A DNA stretch of 64,000 bases from an uncultured Pseudomonadota bacterium. Its GTDB lineage: Bacteria > Pseudomonadota > Alphaproteobacteria > Rhodobacterales > Rhodobacteraceae. This document shows positions 1 through 9,632 of the stretch, in pieces. How positions within the stretch are numbered: position 1 is the stretch's first letter; each line of letters starts with the position of its first letter. Position numbers and translations under genes: made by a program. The stretch spans positions 15,066 to 79,065 of the forward strand of contig CAVOYU010000004.1 of NCBI GenBank assembly GCA_963700775.1, in the 5' to 3' direction. The notes below the pieces were generated by a model, which did not search any database, had not been told where the DNA came from, and saw nothing but the letters and a program-made list of their open reading frames with translations.

Positions 1-541
1 CGCGATCCGCGACGACGACGGCGGGATGCTGCCCTGGGACGGCAAGACGCAGGGCAGGCTGCTGATCCGCGGCCCGGGCATCGTGCGCCGCTATCTGAAG
101 CAGGAGAGGGATGTGGCCGACGCCGAGAACTGGTTTGACACCGGGGATGCCGCCACCATCGACCCGATCGGCTACGTGCGGATCACCGACCGGTTCAAGG
201 ACGTGATCAAGTCGGGCGGCGAGTGGATCAGCTCGATCGAGATGGAGAACTTCGCGCTCGGCCACCCGGACGTGGCCGAGGCGGCGGCCATTGGCGTCCC
301 GCACCCGAAATGGGACGAGCGGCCGGTGCTGGTGGTGGTCCCGCGAAAGGGCAAGCGGCCGCCCGCAGAGGAAATCATCGACCGGCTCAGGCCGCATTTC
401 GCCAAGTGGCAGCTTCCGGACGACGTGATCTATGTGGACGAGATCCCCCACACGGCGACCGGCAAGATCTCGAAGCTGAAGCTCAGGCAGATGCTGGACG
501 GAATGGGATACAGGCTGCCGGATCAGCGGGAAGCAGGCTGA
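1..541 (+). CDS. Long-chain fatty-acid--CoA ligase / AMP-binding enzyme, C-terminal part (5' truncated by window edge)
   Basis: WFDTGD, DRFKDVIKSGGEWISSIEME, HPKWDERP and TATGKISK motifs of the acyl-CoA synthetase family. Confidence 0.9.
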   Translation, partial: AIRDDDGGMLPWDGKTQGRLLIRGPGIVRRYLKQERDVADAENWFDTGDAATIDPIGYVRITDRFKDVIKSGGEWISSIEMENFALGHPDVAEAAAIGVPHPKWDERPVLVVVPRKGKRPPAEEIIDRLRPHFAKWQLPDDVIYVDEIPHTATGKISKLKLRQMLDGMGYRLPDQREAG

Positions 542-633
542 GAATCGAGCGAATGCCCGGCAGCCCGGCGTGCCACCCGCCATGGCGCGCGGAGCAGCAA
601 CAGTTCAGGAAGGCGGCATTTCGCCGGGCCGGC

Positions 634-738
634 TCACGCGCGGCCGTAGATCATCACCCCAAGCCCGATCATGAGGGCAAGAACGGCGATGGTGATCTCG
701 GACGGGTCGCGCAATGCCGCGTACATTGTTTCAATCAT
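634..738 (-). CDS. Putative 34-aa single-TM small protein (MIETMYAALRDPSEITIAVLALMIGLGVMIYGRA)
   Basis: Read by hand; GGAGG RBS just upstream of ATG, one hydrophobic stretch, TGA at 634-636; below the ORF-track cutoff. Confidence 0.55.
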   Translation of the reverse strand: MIETMYAALRDPSEITIAVLALMIGLGVMIYGRA

Positions 739-962
739 TGGAAGCCTCCAGCAGGTTGCAATAGCGGCCCCTCTTTCAATCCAAGGTTGCCACGGGATTA
801 TGTCTGATTTTTGGCCTGCTTGAGTAAAATTTCCGCGATCGGTCCCAACAGATCATCGCCCGCCTGACCGGGGAAGCTCGCAGCCTCCGCCACTTGCGGA
901 TGGGCGGCTACCGCCTCCCTCTCAGGCACGGTAGCCGCTGGGCTAGGCCGCTTGCGGCGGCG

Positions 963-1424
963 TCAGCGGCCGATCTCGTAGACGAAATCGTAGGCGCTGC
1001 CCTTGGCGTCGCGGGCGTGAAGCTTCATTTCGCCCGTCGCGTGGGCATAGGCGCCGGTGCCGCCGGTGATCGCGAGCACGGAATCGCCGGCGTCGTAGAA
1101 CGGCCCGGCGACGGTGATCTGGCCGTCGGACAGCGTCAGGGTCCAGAAACACTCCCATGCCTTGCCGGCGACCGTGCGCACGCACCAGCCATTGTTGGTG
1201 CCGACCTGCTTGGCATCGGCCTCGTCATAGATATCGTTGGCGAAGGTGAGGATGTCGCCGGCGCTGTCGCCCGCGGCACCGATATCGGTCACGGCGTCGG
1301 TCGTCGCGCGCTCGACCACGGCGATGGTCAGGGCTTCCGCTGCGGCAGGCCCGGACGACAGGCCAACGGAAATGGCCGCCGCTGCCAGCAGCGACGGCAC
1401 GGCCGCATTCTTGAACAAAGTCAT
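963..1424 (-). CDS. Secreted allene oxide cyclase/dirigent-like beta-barrel protein
   Basis: Signal peptide; GDILTFANDIY, GWCVR, GQITVAGPF and LAITGGTGAY motifs resemble the AOC/dirigent fold; GGGGGA RBS before ATG 1424. Confidence 0.75.
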   Translation of the reverse strand: MTLFKNAAVPSLLAAAAISVGLSSGPAAAEALTIAVVERATTDAVTDIGAAGDSAGDILTFANDIYDEADAKQVGTNNGWCVRTVAGKAWECFWTLTLSDGQITVAGPFYDAGDSVLAITGGTGAYAHATGEMKLHARDAKGSAYDFVYEIGR

Positions 1425-1521
1425 CTTGGTATCCCCCAAGCCGCGCTCCCCCAATGGGAGTCGCGGCCGGAGCCCATGATAGCGGCGGGTTGGCGCGCGC
1501 GGAAGCGGTACCCCGGAACGG

Positions 1522-2259
1522 TCAGATCGCGCCCGCCGATACCGCGCCGGCCATCGCCCCCATGGACGGGAACAGGAAATCGAAATCGGGACGCACGGGC
1601 ACCTCGGCAGTCGCGCCCCATGACCCGCCGGCGGCGAGGCCCTGCCGGTCGATCCAGGCGTTGGCGAGGCCGGCGGCGCGGGCCGGGACGTGATCGTGGA
1701 AAAGGCTTTGCGCCGTATGCAGGATCTCGCCCTTGCCGATCCCGCGATCCTTCGAGAGCCGCGCCAGCAGATGCTCGAAGTTGCGCGGATCGGGCTTGTA
1801 GGAGCCGATGTCCTCGGCGGTGTAGATGGCGTCGAACTCGACGCCGAGCTTGCGGTTCGAGGCGGCGAAGCCGGCGCGGTTCACGTTCGAGAGGATCACC
1901 AGCCGGTAGCGCCGCTTGAGCGCGCGGAGCGCGTCGGCGGTATCCGGAAAGGCCGGCCAGTGGGGCAGCGACCCGCCAAAGGCGGCGTCACGTTCGTCCG
2001 TGGTCTCAAGGCCGTAATGCCTGGCGAGCTGCCGATGGACCCGCGCCAGCAGCTCCGGGTAGAGCATGGCCGGCGTCTCGGCCTGCTGGCGCGATTCGAA
2101 CCGGGCGAATGCGGCGAGCGCCGGGATGCGGGTGATGTCGTCGCGGCCGCTGGCGGCGATCAGCGGCTGCATCGCGTCCCATATGCCGCTCTCCCAGTCG
2201 ATCAGCGTGCCGTAGCAGTCGAAGGTCAGGGTGGTGAAGTCGGTCAGTCGGCTGGCCAT
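1522..2259 (-). CDS. Haloacid dehalogenase type II (HAD-IA family hydrolase)
   Basis: FDCYGTLIDWE motif I, LSNV, SYKP, HTAQSLFHDH. Confidence 0.85.
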   Translation of the reverse strand: MASRLTDFTTLTFDCYGTLIDWESGIWDAMQPLIAASGRDDITRIPALAAFARFESRQQAETPAMLYPELLARVHRQLARHYGLETTDERDAAFGGSLPHWPAFPDTADALRALKRRYRLVILSNVNRAGFAASNRKLGVEFDAIYTAEDIGSYKPDPRNFEHLLARLSKDRGIGKGEILHTAQSLFHDHVPARAAGLANAWIDRQGLAAGGSWGATAEVPVRPDFDFLFPSMGAMAGAVSAGAI

Positions 2260-2515
2260 GTGATCGGGACTCCCGGATGCTGGGTTCACGGTGTTTTCGC
2301 ACGGTCCGGCACGGCTGTCTCGGCGGTTTTCGCCGCCCGGCGTCTGATCCGCCCCGATTCTTTCTCACGGCGATGCCCCGAAATTGCCTGCAATCGGAGA
2401 TAGCATCGCTTGGTCGTTTACTTCGCGAACGGTGTCCCGGAGCGCTCCCGATATGGGGGAATACACTGTTACCGTGACTTTTTAGGCGGATTCGACGATA
2501 GTCCTAAATCGCTGC

Positions 2516-3904
2516 ATGAGCGAACAGGCAGGGTGTGAGCAGATGACAGACGCGACCGGCGGGCCGAGCAGCCCGAAGCCGTGGGATCTCGAGCAGTACC
2601 GGGGCGTCACACCGATTGCCCAGCGCAAGAAGCAATGGGAGGACGACGCCGAACTCGTCCTCAGCCGCGCCAACCTGCCTGTCGGCTCGCTGCGTCCGGC
2701 CTACGAGACCGGGGGCCCGTCGCTGTTCTGGCTGGCGCTGCGCACCTCGTTGCTGACCGTGCTGACCGTCGGACTCTACCGGTTCTGGATGACAGCGTCG
2801 CTGCGCCGGCACTACTGGAAGGCGATCCGCGTCAATGGCGACCCGATGGAGTACACCGGGACCGGGCTCGAGAAGCTGATGGGATTCCTTTTCGCCCTCA
2901 TCATCCTGGCGGTCTATCTGGGCGTGGTGAACCTGCTGCTGACCTATGTCGGCCTCAGCTACTTCAACGGCAATCCGCTGGCGCTGCAGGTTTCGATCAT
3001 CGCGGCGATGCCGCTGTTCTTCTTCGCCACGTACCGCGCCCGGCGCTACATCATGGCGCGCACCCGCTGGCGCGGAATCCGCTTCGGCATGGAGAACGGC
3101 GCCTGGGGCTACACGATCAGGGCGCTGTGGTACTGGTTCCTGACCATCGCCACCGCCGGGCTGCTCTATCCCTACAAGCAGTTCATGCTGGCGAAGTTCA
3201 TCGCCGACCGGACCTGGTATGGCGACCTGAAGTTCCATCAGAACGGGACCTGGGCGGGGCTGTTTGCCTATTGGGTCTGGATCTACATCGTGGTCGGGCT
3301 GATGGCGCTGTCGGTCTGGGGCGCCGCCGCCGACCCGGGCAATCCGATGACGATGCTGATCGCCTGGGGCATCTTCCTGCTGGGATATTTCGCGCTGATG
3401 ATCCTGATCATGCGCTACGAGATCGTGGCCTTCCGCTACATGTGGAGTAACCGCACCCTCGGCGAGGCGACATTCCGCTGCGATCTGGCGCCGGGGAAAA
3501 TCATCAGCGTCTACGTGGTCGGCAGCCTTCTGGTCGGCGTCTGCACCGCGCTGACGCTGCTGGTGGTGGCCGTTGTGGCCGGGGTCGTCGGCGCGGTCGC
3601 GCTCGGCATCAGCGGGGCCGACCTGATGGACCCCTCGGCGCTCGAGTCGATGCAGAGCGGCAATCTGGAGCAATCATGGCCGCTGATCGTGTCGACCATT
3701 CTCATGTATCTGATCGCCTTTGCCTTCTTCGTAGCCTACACGCAGGTGTTCATCACCCGGCCGGTGCTGCAGCGAAAGGCGGAGTCGATGCTGATCGAGA
3801 AGGCAGGGACGCTTTCGCGGGCGCGCCAGCGCTCCCATGACGCGGCGGCCGAAGCGGGCGGTTTCGCCGATGCGCTGGGCGTCGATGTCGGTGCCGGGAT
3901 CTGA
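2516..3904 (+). CDS. YjgN/DUF898 family inner-membrane protein
   Basis: LLTVLTVGLYRFW, YTGTGLE, ARTRWRGIRF motifs; multi-TM; paired with M48 peptidase; start may be 2543. Confidence 0.85.
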   Translation: MSEQAGCEQMTDATGGPSSPKPWDLEQYRGVTPIAQRKKQWEDDAELVLSRANLPVGSLRPAYETGGPSLFWLALRTSLLTVLTVGLYRFWMTASLRRHYWKAIRVNGDPMEYTGTGLEKLMGFLFALIILAVYLGVVNLLLTYVGLSYFNGNPLALQVSIIAAMPLFFFATYRARRYIMARTRWRGIRFGMENGAWGYTIRALWYWFLTIATAGLLYPYKQFMLAKFIADRTWYGDLKFHQNGTWAGLFAYWVWIYIVVGLMALSVWGAAADPGNPMTMLIAWGIFLLGYFALMILIMRYEIVAFRYMWSNRTLGEATFRCDLAPGKIISVYVVGSLLVGVCTALTLLVVAVVAGVVGAVALGISGADLMDPSALESMQSGNLEQSWPLIVSTILMYLIAFAFFVAYTQVFITRPVLQRKAESMLIEKAGTLSRARQRSHDAAAEAGGFADALGVDVGAGI

Positions 3905-3920
3905 TGCCCGAGATGCATAA

Positions 3921-5084
3921 GTGACCGCCCTCGAGAAATACGCCAAGCTCGAGGCGACGGCGCGCTACTTCGACGGCGAGTTCGCCAGCCCGCGTGACGT
4001 GGTGGTGTGTTTCGGCGAGCGCTCGCTCGTGATCACGGCGCTGAACGACGTCGCTCTCGCCCACTGGCCGCTGGCCAGCCTGCGCGCGATCGGCGCCAGG
4101 GGCGACCGGGCGGTGCAGCTGGTGCCCGGCGAGAGCAGTGACGAGCGCCTCGTGATCGAGGATGCGGAGATGCTGGCCGCGATCAGGCAGGTATGTCCGG
4201 GGCTCTACCACCGCAAGGTCGACCGGCGCCGGGTCCGCAGCGCCTTCTTCTGGAGCGGGGCGGCCATCGCTTCGGTTCTGACCATCGTTTTCGTGCTGGT
4301 GCCGGCGCTGGCCGGCCAGCTGGCGCAGATGATCCCGCCGGAGCGCGAGCAGCAGCTTGGCGACGCGGTGGTCGATCAGATCCGCACGATCTTCGAGTGG
4401 ACCAGCGGCGAGGCTCCGGAGATGTGCGACAGTGCCAACGGCCTCGCGGCTCTGAACCGGATGGGCGACCGGCTGACGGCGGGCCTCGATCTGCCCTATC
4501 CGCTGCGGCTCGGGGTGATCAACCTCGACATGATCAACGCGGTTGCGGTGCCGGGCGGGCGCATCCTGGTGTTCAAGGGCCTCCTCAGTGCGGCCGACAG
4601 CCCCGAGGAGGTCGCCGGGGTGCTGGCGCACGAGATCGGCCATGTTGCCCATCGCGACCCTACCCGCGAGGCGCTGCGTGCCGCCGGAACTACCGGCGTG
4701 CTGGGCCTGATGCTGGGGGACGTGTTCGGCGCCGGCCTCGTGGTGGTGATGACCGACGCGATCCTCAACGCCAGCTACCAGCGGGATGCCGAGGAGCGGG
4801 CGGACGAGACCGCATACGAGTTGCTGGGCGACGCGGGGCTCCCGAGCACGCCCTTTGCCGGGTTCTTCGAGAAGGTGCGGAAGAAATACGGCGACGGCGA
4901 GGGGGTCCTGAAGCTGATCTCCAGCCATCCGGGCCTGGCGGAGCGTGCCGAACGCGCCGCGGCGGCCGACCGGATCGGCGACCGCCCGTTCGATCCGGTC
5001 CTGGACGACCGCGACTGGATCGCGCTGAAGGGCATCTGTCAGGGCGGAATGCCCGGCGTGCGCCGCGGCGGGCAGCTCAACTAG
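3921..5084 (+). CDS. M48 family metallopeptidase
   Basis: NAVAVPGG, VLAHEIGH (HExxH), EERAD, SSHP. Confidence 0.9.
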   Translation: MTALEKYAKLEATARYFDGEFASPRDVVVCFGERSLVITALNDVALAHWPLASLRAIGARGDRAVQLVPGESSDERLVIEDAEMLAAIRQVCPGLYHRKVDRRRVRSAFFWSGAAIASVLTIVFVLVPALAGQLAQMIPPEREQQLGDAVVDQIRTIFEWTSGEAPEMCDSANGLAALNRMGDRLTAGLDLPYPLRLGVINLDMINAVAVPGGRILVFKGLLSAADSPEEVAGVLAHEIGHVAHRDPTREALRAAGTTGVLGLMLGDVFGAGLVVVMTDAILNASYQRDAEERADETAYELLGDAGLPSTPFAGFFEKVRKKYGDGEGVLKLISSHPGLAERAERAAAADRIGDRPFDPVLDDRDWIALKGICQGGMPGVRRGGQLN

Positions 5085-5092
5085 GATTCAGT

Positions 5093-6019
5093 TCAGCTCA
5101 GCTCGAAGAGCGCCGCCACCGACAGCGGCCCGCGCGGACGCACGCGGCCCTCGTCGGCGAGACCGATCAGGGTCGCCAGCACATTGCGCTGGGCCGCCGG
5201 AAGCAGCGCCTGGTCGACGTCGATATAGACCGCCCGCGCGATCGCTTCCGCGTCCGCCGGCCCGGCCGCGAGGGCACGCAGAATCTGCGCCACCCGTTCC
5301 TCTCGGTGAGCGATCTGCCAGGTGAGCATTCCGGCCGGATCGGCAACCGGGTGACCGTGGCCCGGCAGGTACAGCCTGTCGTCGCGCGCCTGCAGCCGCC
5401 GGAGGGTCGCCATGAAGGCGGCCATGTCGCCCTCGGGTGGTGAGACCAGGGTGGTGGCCCAGCCCATGACCGTGTCGCCGGTGAAGACGATTCCGGTGTC
5501 ATCCAGTGCCAGGCTGACATGGTTCGAGAGATGGCCCGGCGTGTGAAGCGCCGTCAGCGACCAGTCCGCGGCGCCGACCGTGTCGTCCTCGCGCATCGGG
5601 TTGTCCGGGCTGAAGCCATCGTCGGCACCCTCGCCGCCGCCGAGGTCGACGCCGTCGCGCCGCAGCCGATGCATGGTCTCGGAGAGCCCGGCCCCGTGCG
5701 GGCCGAAGCCGTGCACCGGCGCGCCGGTCGCCTCGGCCACGGCACGGGCGGCGAGACTGTGGTCGGCATGGCTGTGGGTGACGAAGATGTGGGCGATCCG
5801 CTCGCCGGGCCGGAGCGCCGCGGCGATGGCGGCGAGATGCGATCGGTCGGCCGGGCCGGGATCGACCAGCGCCAGCGCGCCCTCGCCGACCAGATAGCTC
5901 CGCGTGCCGGTGAAGGTCATCCGCGAGGGGTTGCGGCAGGTGATCCGGCGCACCCCCGGCGCCACGGTCTCGGCGACGCCGTAGGCGACGCCGGGGTTGC
6001 GGTCGAACGGATCTTCCAC
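5093..6019 (-). CDS. MBL-fold metallo-hydrolase
   Basis: THSHADH, HTPGHLSNH, FTGD, LPGHG; real start is GTG 6019 inside the long 753-aa ORF. Confidence 0.85.
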   Translation of the reverse strand: MEDPFDRNPGVAYGVAETVAPGVRRITCRNPSRMTFTGTRSYLVGEGALALVDPGPADRSHLAAIAAALRPGERIAHIFVTHSHADHSLAARAVAEATGAPVHGFGPHGAGLSETMHRLRRDGVDLGGGEGADDGFSPDNPMREDDTVGAADWSLTALHTPGHLSNHVSLALDDTGIVFTGDTVMGWATTLVSPPEGDMAAFMATLRRLQARDDRLYLPGHGHPVADPAGMLTWQIAHREERVAQILRALAAGPADAEAIARAVYIDVDQALLPAAQRNVLATLIGLADEGRVRPRGPLSVAALFELS

Positions 6020-6070
6020 CTTTCGCGGTCCCTCCTTGCGCCGCCTCCGGCGGCTCAATAGCTTTCCTAC

Positions 6071-7411
6071 ATGAAGGCGGTCCGGAAATTCCTCAAGCGC
6101 TACCTGCCGAAAAGCCTGTTCGGCCGGGCGCTGCTGATCCTGCTGGTGCCGATCCTGGTGCTGCATTCGGTGATCGCGATGCTGATCGCCCAGCGCTACT
6201 ACGACGCGGTGACCGAGCAGATGGTGACCGCGGTCGCCCGCGAGGTGGACTACGCCATCGCCCGGATCGAGGAGCTGCCGAGCGCCGCCGAGGCGCGCGA
6301 GGCGCTGGTCGGCATGTCGGCGCAGTTCGATCTTGAGATGGGCCTCGACGAGGGGGGCACGGTCGACCGCGGCGCGATCCGCGCCTTCTACGACTTCACC
6401 GGCGGGGTCATCGCGCAGACCATGAAGCGCGTGGTGCGCAGGCCGATGTCGATCGACCTCGTCAACATGCGCAAATACGCCGATGCCCGGATCGTCACCA
6501 CCAAGGGGGTGCTGCGGGTGCTCATTCCCCGGCGGAGGATGAACCCGTCTAACCCGCACCAGCTGTTCATCTGGATGACGCTGACGGCGGTGCTGCTGGC
6601 GGTGGTGGCGGTGATGTTCCTGCGCGCCGAGATCCGGCCGATCAACGAGCTGGCGAAGGCCGCCGCCGCGTTCGGGCGCGGCCGCGCGCTGCCGTTCCGG
6701 CCCTCGGGCGCGATCGAGGTGCGGGCGGCGGGGGCGGCCTTCATCGACATGCGCACCCGGATCGAGCGGCAGATCGAGCAGCGGACGTCGATGCTGTCGG
6801 GGGTCAGCCACGACCTGCGAACACCCCTGACCCGGATGAAGCTTGCCCTCGCCGTGGCCGAGGATTCGCCGGAGATGGCCGAGATCGGCCGCGACGTGGA
6901 CGAGATGGAGCACATGCTCAACGGCTTCCTGGAATTCGCCCGCGGGGAGGGCGGCGAGATCGCCGAGCTCGCCGACCCCGCGGAGCTGGCGGAGGAGGTC
7001 ACGGCCGACGCGCGGCGCAAGGGGATCGAGATCACCCTCTACCTTCAGGTGGAGACCCCGGCCGATCGCACGGTGGTTATGCGCCGCCGGGCGCTGAAAC
7101 GCTGCCTGACCAACCTGGTCGACAACGCCGACACCTATGGCGGCCAGGTCGCGCTCTCGCTGAGGCTTACCCGGCGTGTGCTCGAGTTTGCGGTCGAGGA
7201 CGACGGCCCCGGGATCCCGCCGGAGAAACGCGAGGAGGTGCTGCGTCCCTTCACGCGCCTCGACGAGGCGCGCAATCAGAACGTCGCGCCGGGGGTCGGG
7301 CTCGGCCTGTCCATCGCCCAGGACATTGCCCGGACCCATGGCGGCACGCTGCAACTGGACGAGAGCCCTCGGCTGGGCGGGCTCAGGGCGATGGTGGTGC
7401 TGCCCCGGTAG
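6071..7411 (+). CDS. EnvZ-like sensor histidine kinase
   Basis: 2 TM + HAMP, H-box SHDLRTPLTR, N-box NLVDNA, DDGPG, GLGL. Confidence 0.9.
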   Translation: MKAVRKFLKRYLPKSLFGRALLILLVPILVLHSVIAMLIAQRYYDAVTEQMVTAVAREVDYAIARIEELPSAAEAREALVGMSAQFDLEMGLDEGGTVDRGAIRAFYDFTGGVIAQTMKRVVRRPMSIDLVNMRKYADARIVTTKGVLRVLIPRRRMNPSNPHQLFIWMTLTAVLLAVVAVMFLRAEIRPINELAKAAAAFGRGRALPFRPSGAIEVRAAGAAFIDMRTRIERQIEQRTSMLSGVSHDLRTPLTRMKLALAVAEDSPEMAEIGRDVDEMEHMLNGFLEFARGEGGEIAELADPAELAEEVTADARRKGIEITLYLQVETPADRTVVMRRRALKRCLTNLVDNADTYGGQVALSLRLTRRVLEFAVEDDGPGIPPEKREEVLRPFTRLDEARNQNVAPGVGLGLSIAQDIARTHGGTLQLDESPRLGGLRAMVVLPR

Positions 7412-7517
7412 CCGGTCCCGGCTGGGCCATCCGCAGGCGTCACAACGACGCGCCAGTCAATGCACCCTTACGGAGCGCCGTTGCTATGTCGTATGATCAA
7501 GACTTGAGCCGCCAACG

Positions 7518-8537
7518 ATGCAAGCCGCGGGCGCGGATCGCGAGGCGTTCTCCGGGGGGAGCGATACGTTGAAGCCGATTGACTACGAGCGATTCTTCAT
7601 CGTCGGCGCGCCGCGTTGCGGCACGACCGCGATGTCGAAATACCTGAAGCACCATCCGTCGATCTCGTTCTCGTCTCCGAAGGAGACGAACTTTTTCCTG
7701 ACGGCGAACCCGAAGCTCGCGCCGGCGGCGCTCGCGGCGCAGTTCACCGACGCCTTCTTCGATCCGGTGGACGGCCGCACGACGACTCTCGGCGAGGGTT
7801 CGGTCTCGACGCTCTACTCGCGCGAGGCGATCGAGCGCGTCCTCGCCTGCTTCCCGCAGGCAAGGCTGATCGTGATGCTGCGCAACCCGGTGAACCTGCT
7901 GCATTCGTATCATGCCCGGCTGATCTACATGCGCCAGGAGACCGAAACCGATTTTGCGGCGGCCTGGAACCTCCAGGACCAGCGCGCAGCCGGCCGCAGC
8001 GTTCCCCGGTCCTGCTTCGATCCACGCATGCTGCAATACCGCGAGGTGGGCAGGCTGGGCCACTACACCGCGCAGCTCTTCGACCTTGCCGGGCGCGACC
8101 GCTGCCTGCCGATTCTCTATCATGACCTCCGCGCCGACACCGGTGCGGTCTACCGGCAGGTCCTGGATTTCCTTGGCCTGCCGGATGACGGGCGGACCGA
8201 CTTCCGGGTCAAGAACAAGCAGCGGCAGTTCAAGAGCGCCTTCTGGCAGGATCTCTACAGCGGTACCCTGCTGGGGCCGGTGGGCCGGCTGCTGGCGAAG
8301 CAGCCGCGGCACTTGGCGCGGCTCTCACGGGTCACCCGCAACTTCCGCAAGGGCCTCAAGCGCAGCAATGCCAACGAGGTAACGTTGCCGCCGCTCGACC
8401 CGGACCTCGCTGCAATGTTGCGGACCTACTTCACCGAGGACATCCAGCGGCTTTCAAAGCTGCTGGAGCGCGACCTTTCGGACTGGCTCAAGGCCCCGGA
8501 ACCCGACCCGGCGGGCATGATCACGGCCGCGGCCTGA
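7518..8537 (+). CDS. Sulfotransferase family protein
   Basis: FIVGAPRCGTT (5'-PSB), KETNFF, LRNPV..SYH (3'-PB). Confidence 0.88.
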   Translation: MQAAGADREAFSGGSDTLKPIDYERFFIVGAPRCGTTAMSKYLKHHPSISFSSPKETNFFLTANPKLAPAALAAQFTDAFFDPVDGRTTTLGEGSVSTLYSREAIERVLACFPQARLIVMLRNPVNLLHSYHARLIYMRQETETDFAAAWNLQDQRAAGRSVPRSCFDPRMLQYREVGRLGHYTAQLFDLAGRDRCLPILYHDLRADTGAVYRQVLDFLGLPDDGRTDFRVKNKQRQFKSAFWQDLYSGTLLGPVGRLLAKQPRHLARLSRVTRNFRKGLKRSNANEVTLPPLDPDLAAMLRTYFTEDIQRLSKLLERDLSDWLKAPEPDPAGMITAAA

Positions 8538-8547
8538 GCCACGGCAT

Positions 8548-9621
8548 TCACGCCGGCCGGATCGTTCCGTCCGGCTGGCGGATGCCGCCGCGCACCGCGC
8601 CGGCGGCGGTGTCGCCGAACAGCACCGAATGGCTCGCGGGCAGCGGGCGGGAATTCGCCATCGAGATCCAGACCCGGTAGAGCAGACGGTGGCCGGCGCC
8701 CTCGGGCCCGTCCTCGTAGGCGGTGCGGCCGTGGTAGAGGATGTGGTTGTTCAGGTACTGGATGTCGCCCGGCTGGAAGCGGTGGGTGATGCCGAGTTCG
8801 TGGCCGAGGGCGGCCAACATGTCGAGCGCCTCCCACTGCCTCTCGGACATGCGCGGAACGTGGTCCACCTTCTGGCCGGCCTCGACATAGGTGCGCGAGT
8901 AGTGGGTGGTGAAATGCCCATTCTCGAGGGCGAAGACCGGCAGCATGTAGTAGGCCGCCTCGCCGCCCTTTTCTTCCCCGAGGCGCGAGCGGGGGATGTC
9001 GCCGTAGAGCTCCTCCAACAGGTCCGGGCGACGTGCCAGCATGGCGTCGTGGATGGCGACGGCGCTGGCGACCTCGGAGAGCCCGCCGGCGCGGGCCTGG
9101 TCGACGCAAAGCAGCGCCACCACGTCGGTGCGGTCGGTATGCCAGCGCAGCGCGCCGGTGGTCTGCACCCGGGCGCGGGATGACAGGAACACGTCCTTGC
9201 CCTGCCCGTCCTTCAGCGTGCCGCGATTGCGCGCGGCGGCGCCTTCGTCGGTGATCTCGCCGATCAGCTCGCCGGCGGCGGACTGGTACACCGGCGTGCC
9301 GAGATGGCAGGCGAGGCCGAAATGGATCGCCTTGAGCTGGTCGTGGCTGTAGCGCTCGACCGGCAGCCCGCGCAGCAGCACGATGCCGCGACCGTTCTCG
9401 AGCTCGTCGGCGATCTGGGCGAGGTCGTCGGCGCAGGCGCCGAGCGGGAAGTCGTCGCGGGTGATCCGGTGCCAGGGCAGGTTGCGGCCGCGGACATGCT
9501 CGAGCGCGCCGTCGAGGGCGGCCACCGCGCGTTCGTCGATGCGCCGGGTCCAGCTCGAGTCCCGCTCCATCTCCGCGCCGGTCCAGGCCGCGGGGCCGCC
9601 GATGGGCATGCGTGCGGTCAT
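8548..9621 (-). CDS. TauD/TfdA family Fe(II)/2-oxoglutarate dioxygenase
   Basis: HxD (WHTD), GDIQYLNNH.LYHGRT; start MTARMP at 9621. Confidence 0.85.
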   Translation of the reverse strand: MTARMPIGGPAAWTGAEMERDSSWTRRIDERAVAALDGALEHVRGRNLPWHRITRDDFPLGACADDLAQIADELENGRGIVLLRGLPVERYSHDQLKAIHFGLACHLGTPVYQSAAGELIGEITDEGAAARNRGTLKDGQGKDVFLSSRARVQTTGALRWHTDRTDVVALLCVDQARAGGLSEVASAVAIHDAMLARRPDLLEELYGDIPRSRLGEEKGGEAAYYMLPVFALENGHFTTHYSRTYVEAGQKVDHVPRMSERQWEALDMLAALGHELGITHRFQPGDIQYLNNHILYHGRTAYEDGPEGAGHRLLYRVWISMANSRPLPASHSVLFGDTAAGAVRGGIRQPDGTIRPA

Positions 9622-9632
9622 TCCGGCAGTCC

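Noticed and set aside
6020-7354. Apparent 753-aa protein extending the MBL hydrolase
   Set aside because: The N-terminal extension is the antisense of the histidine kinase; true start is at ~6019
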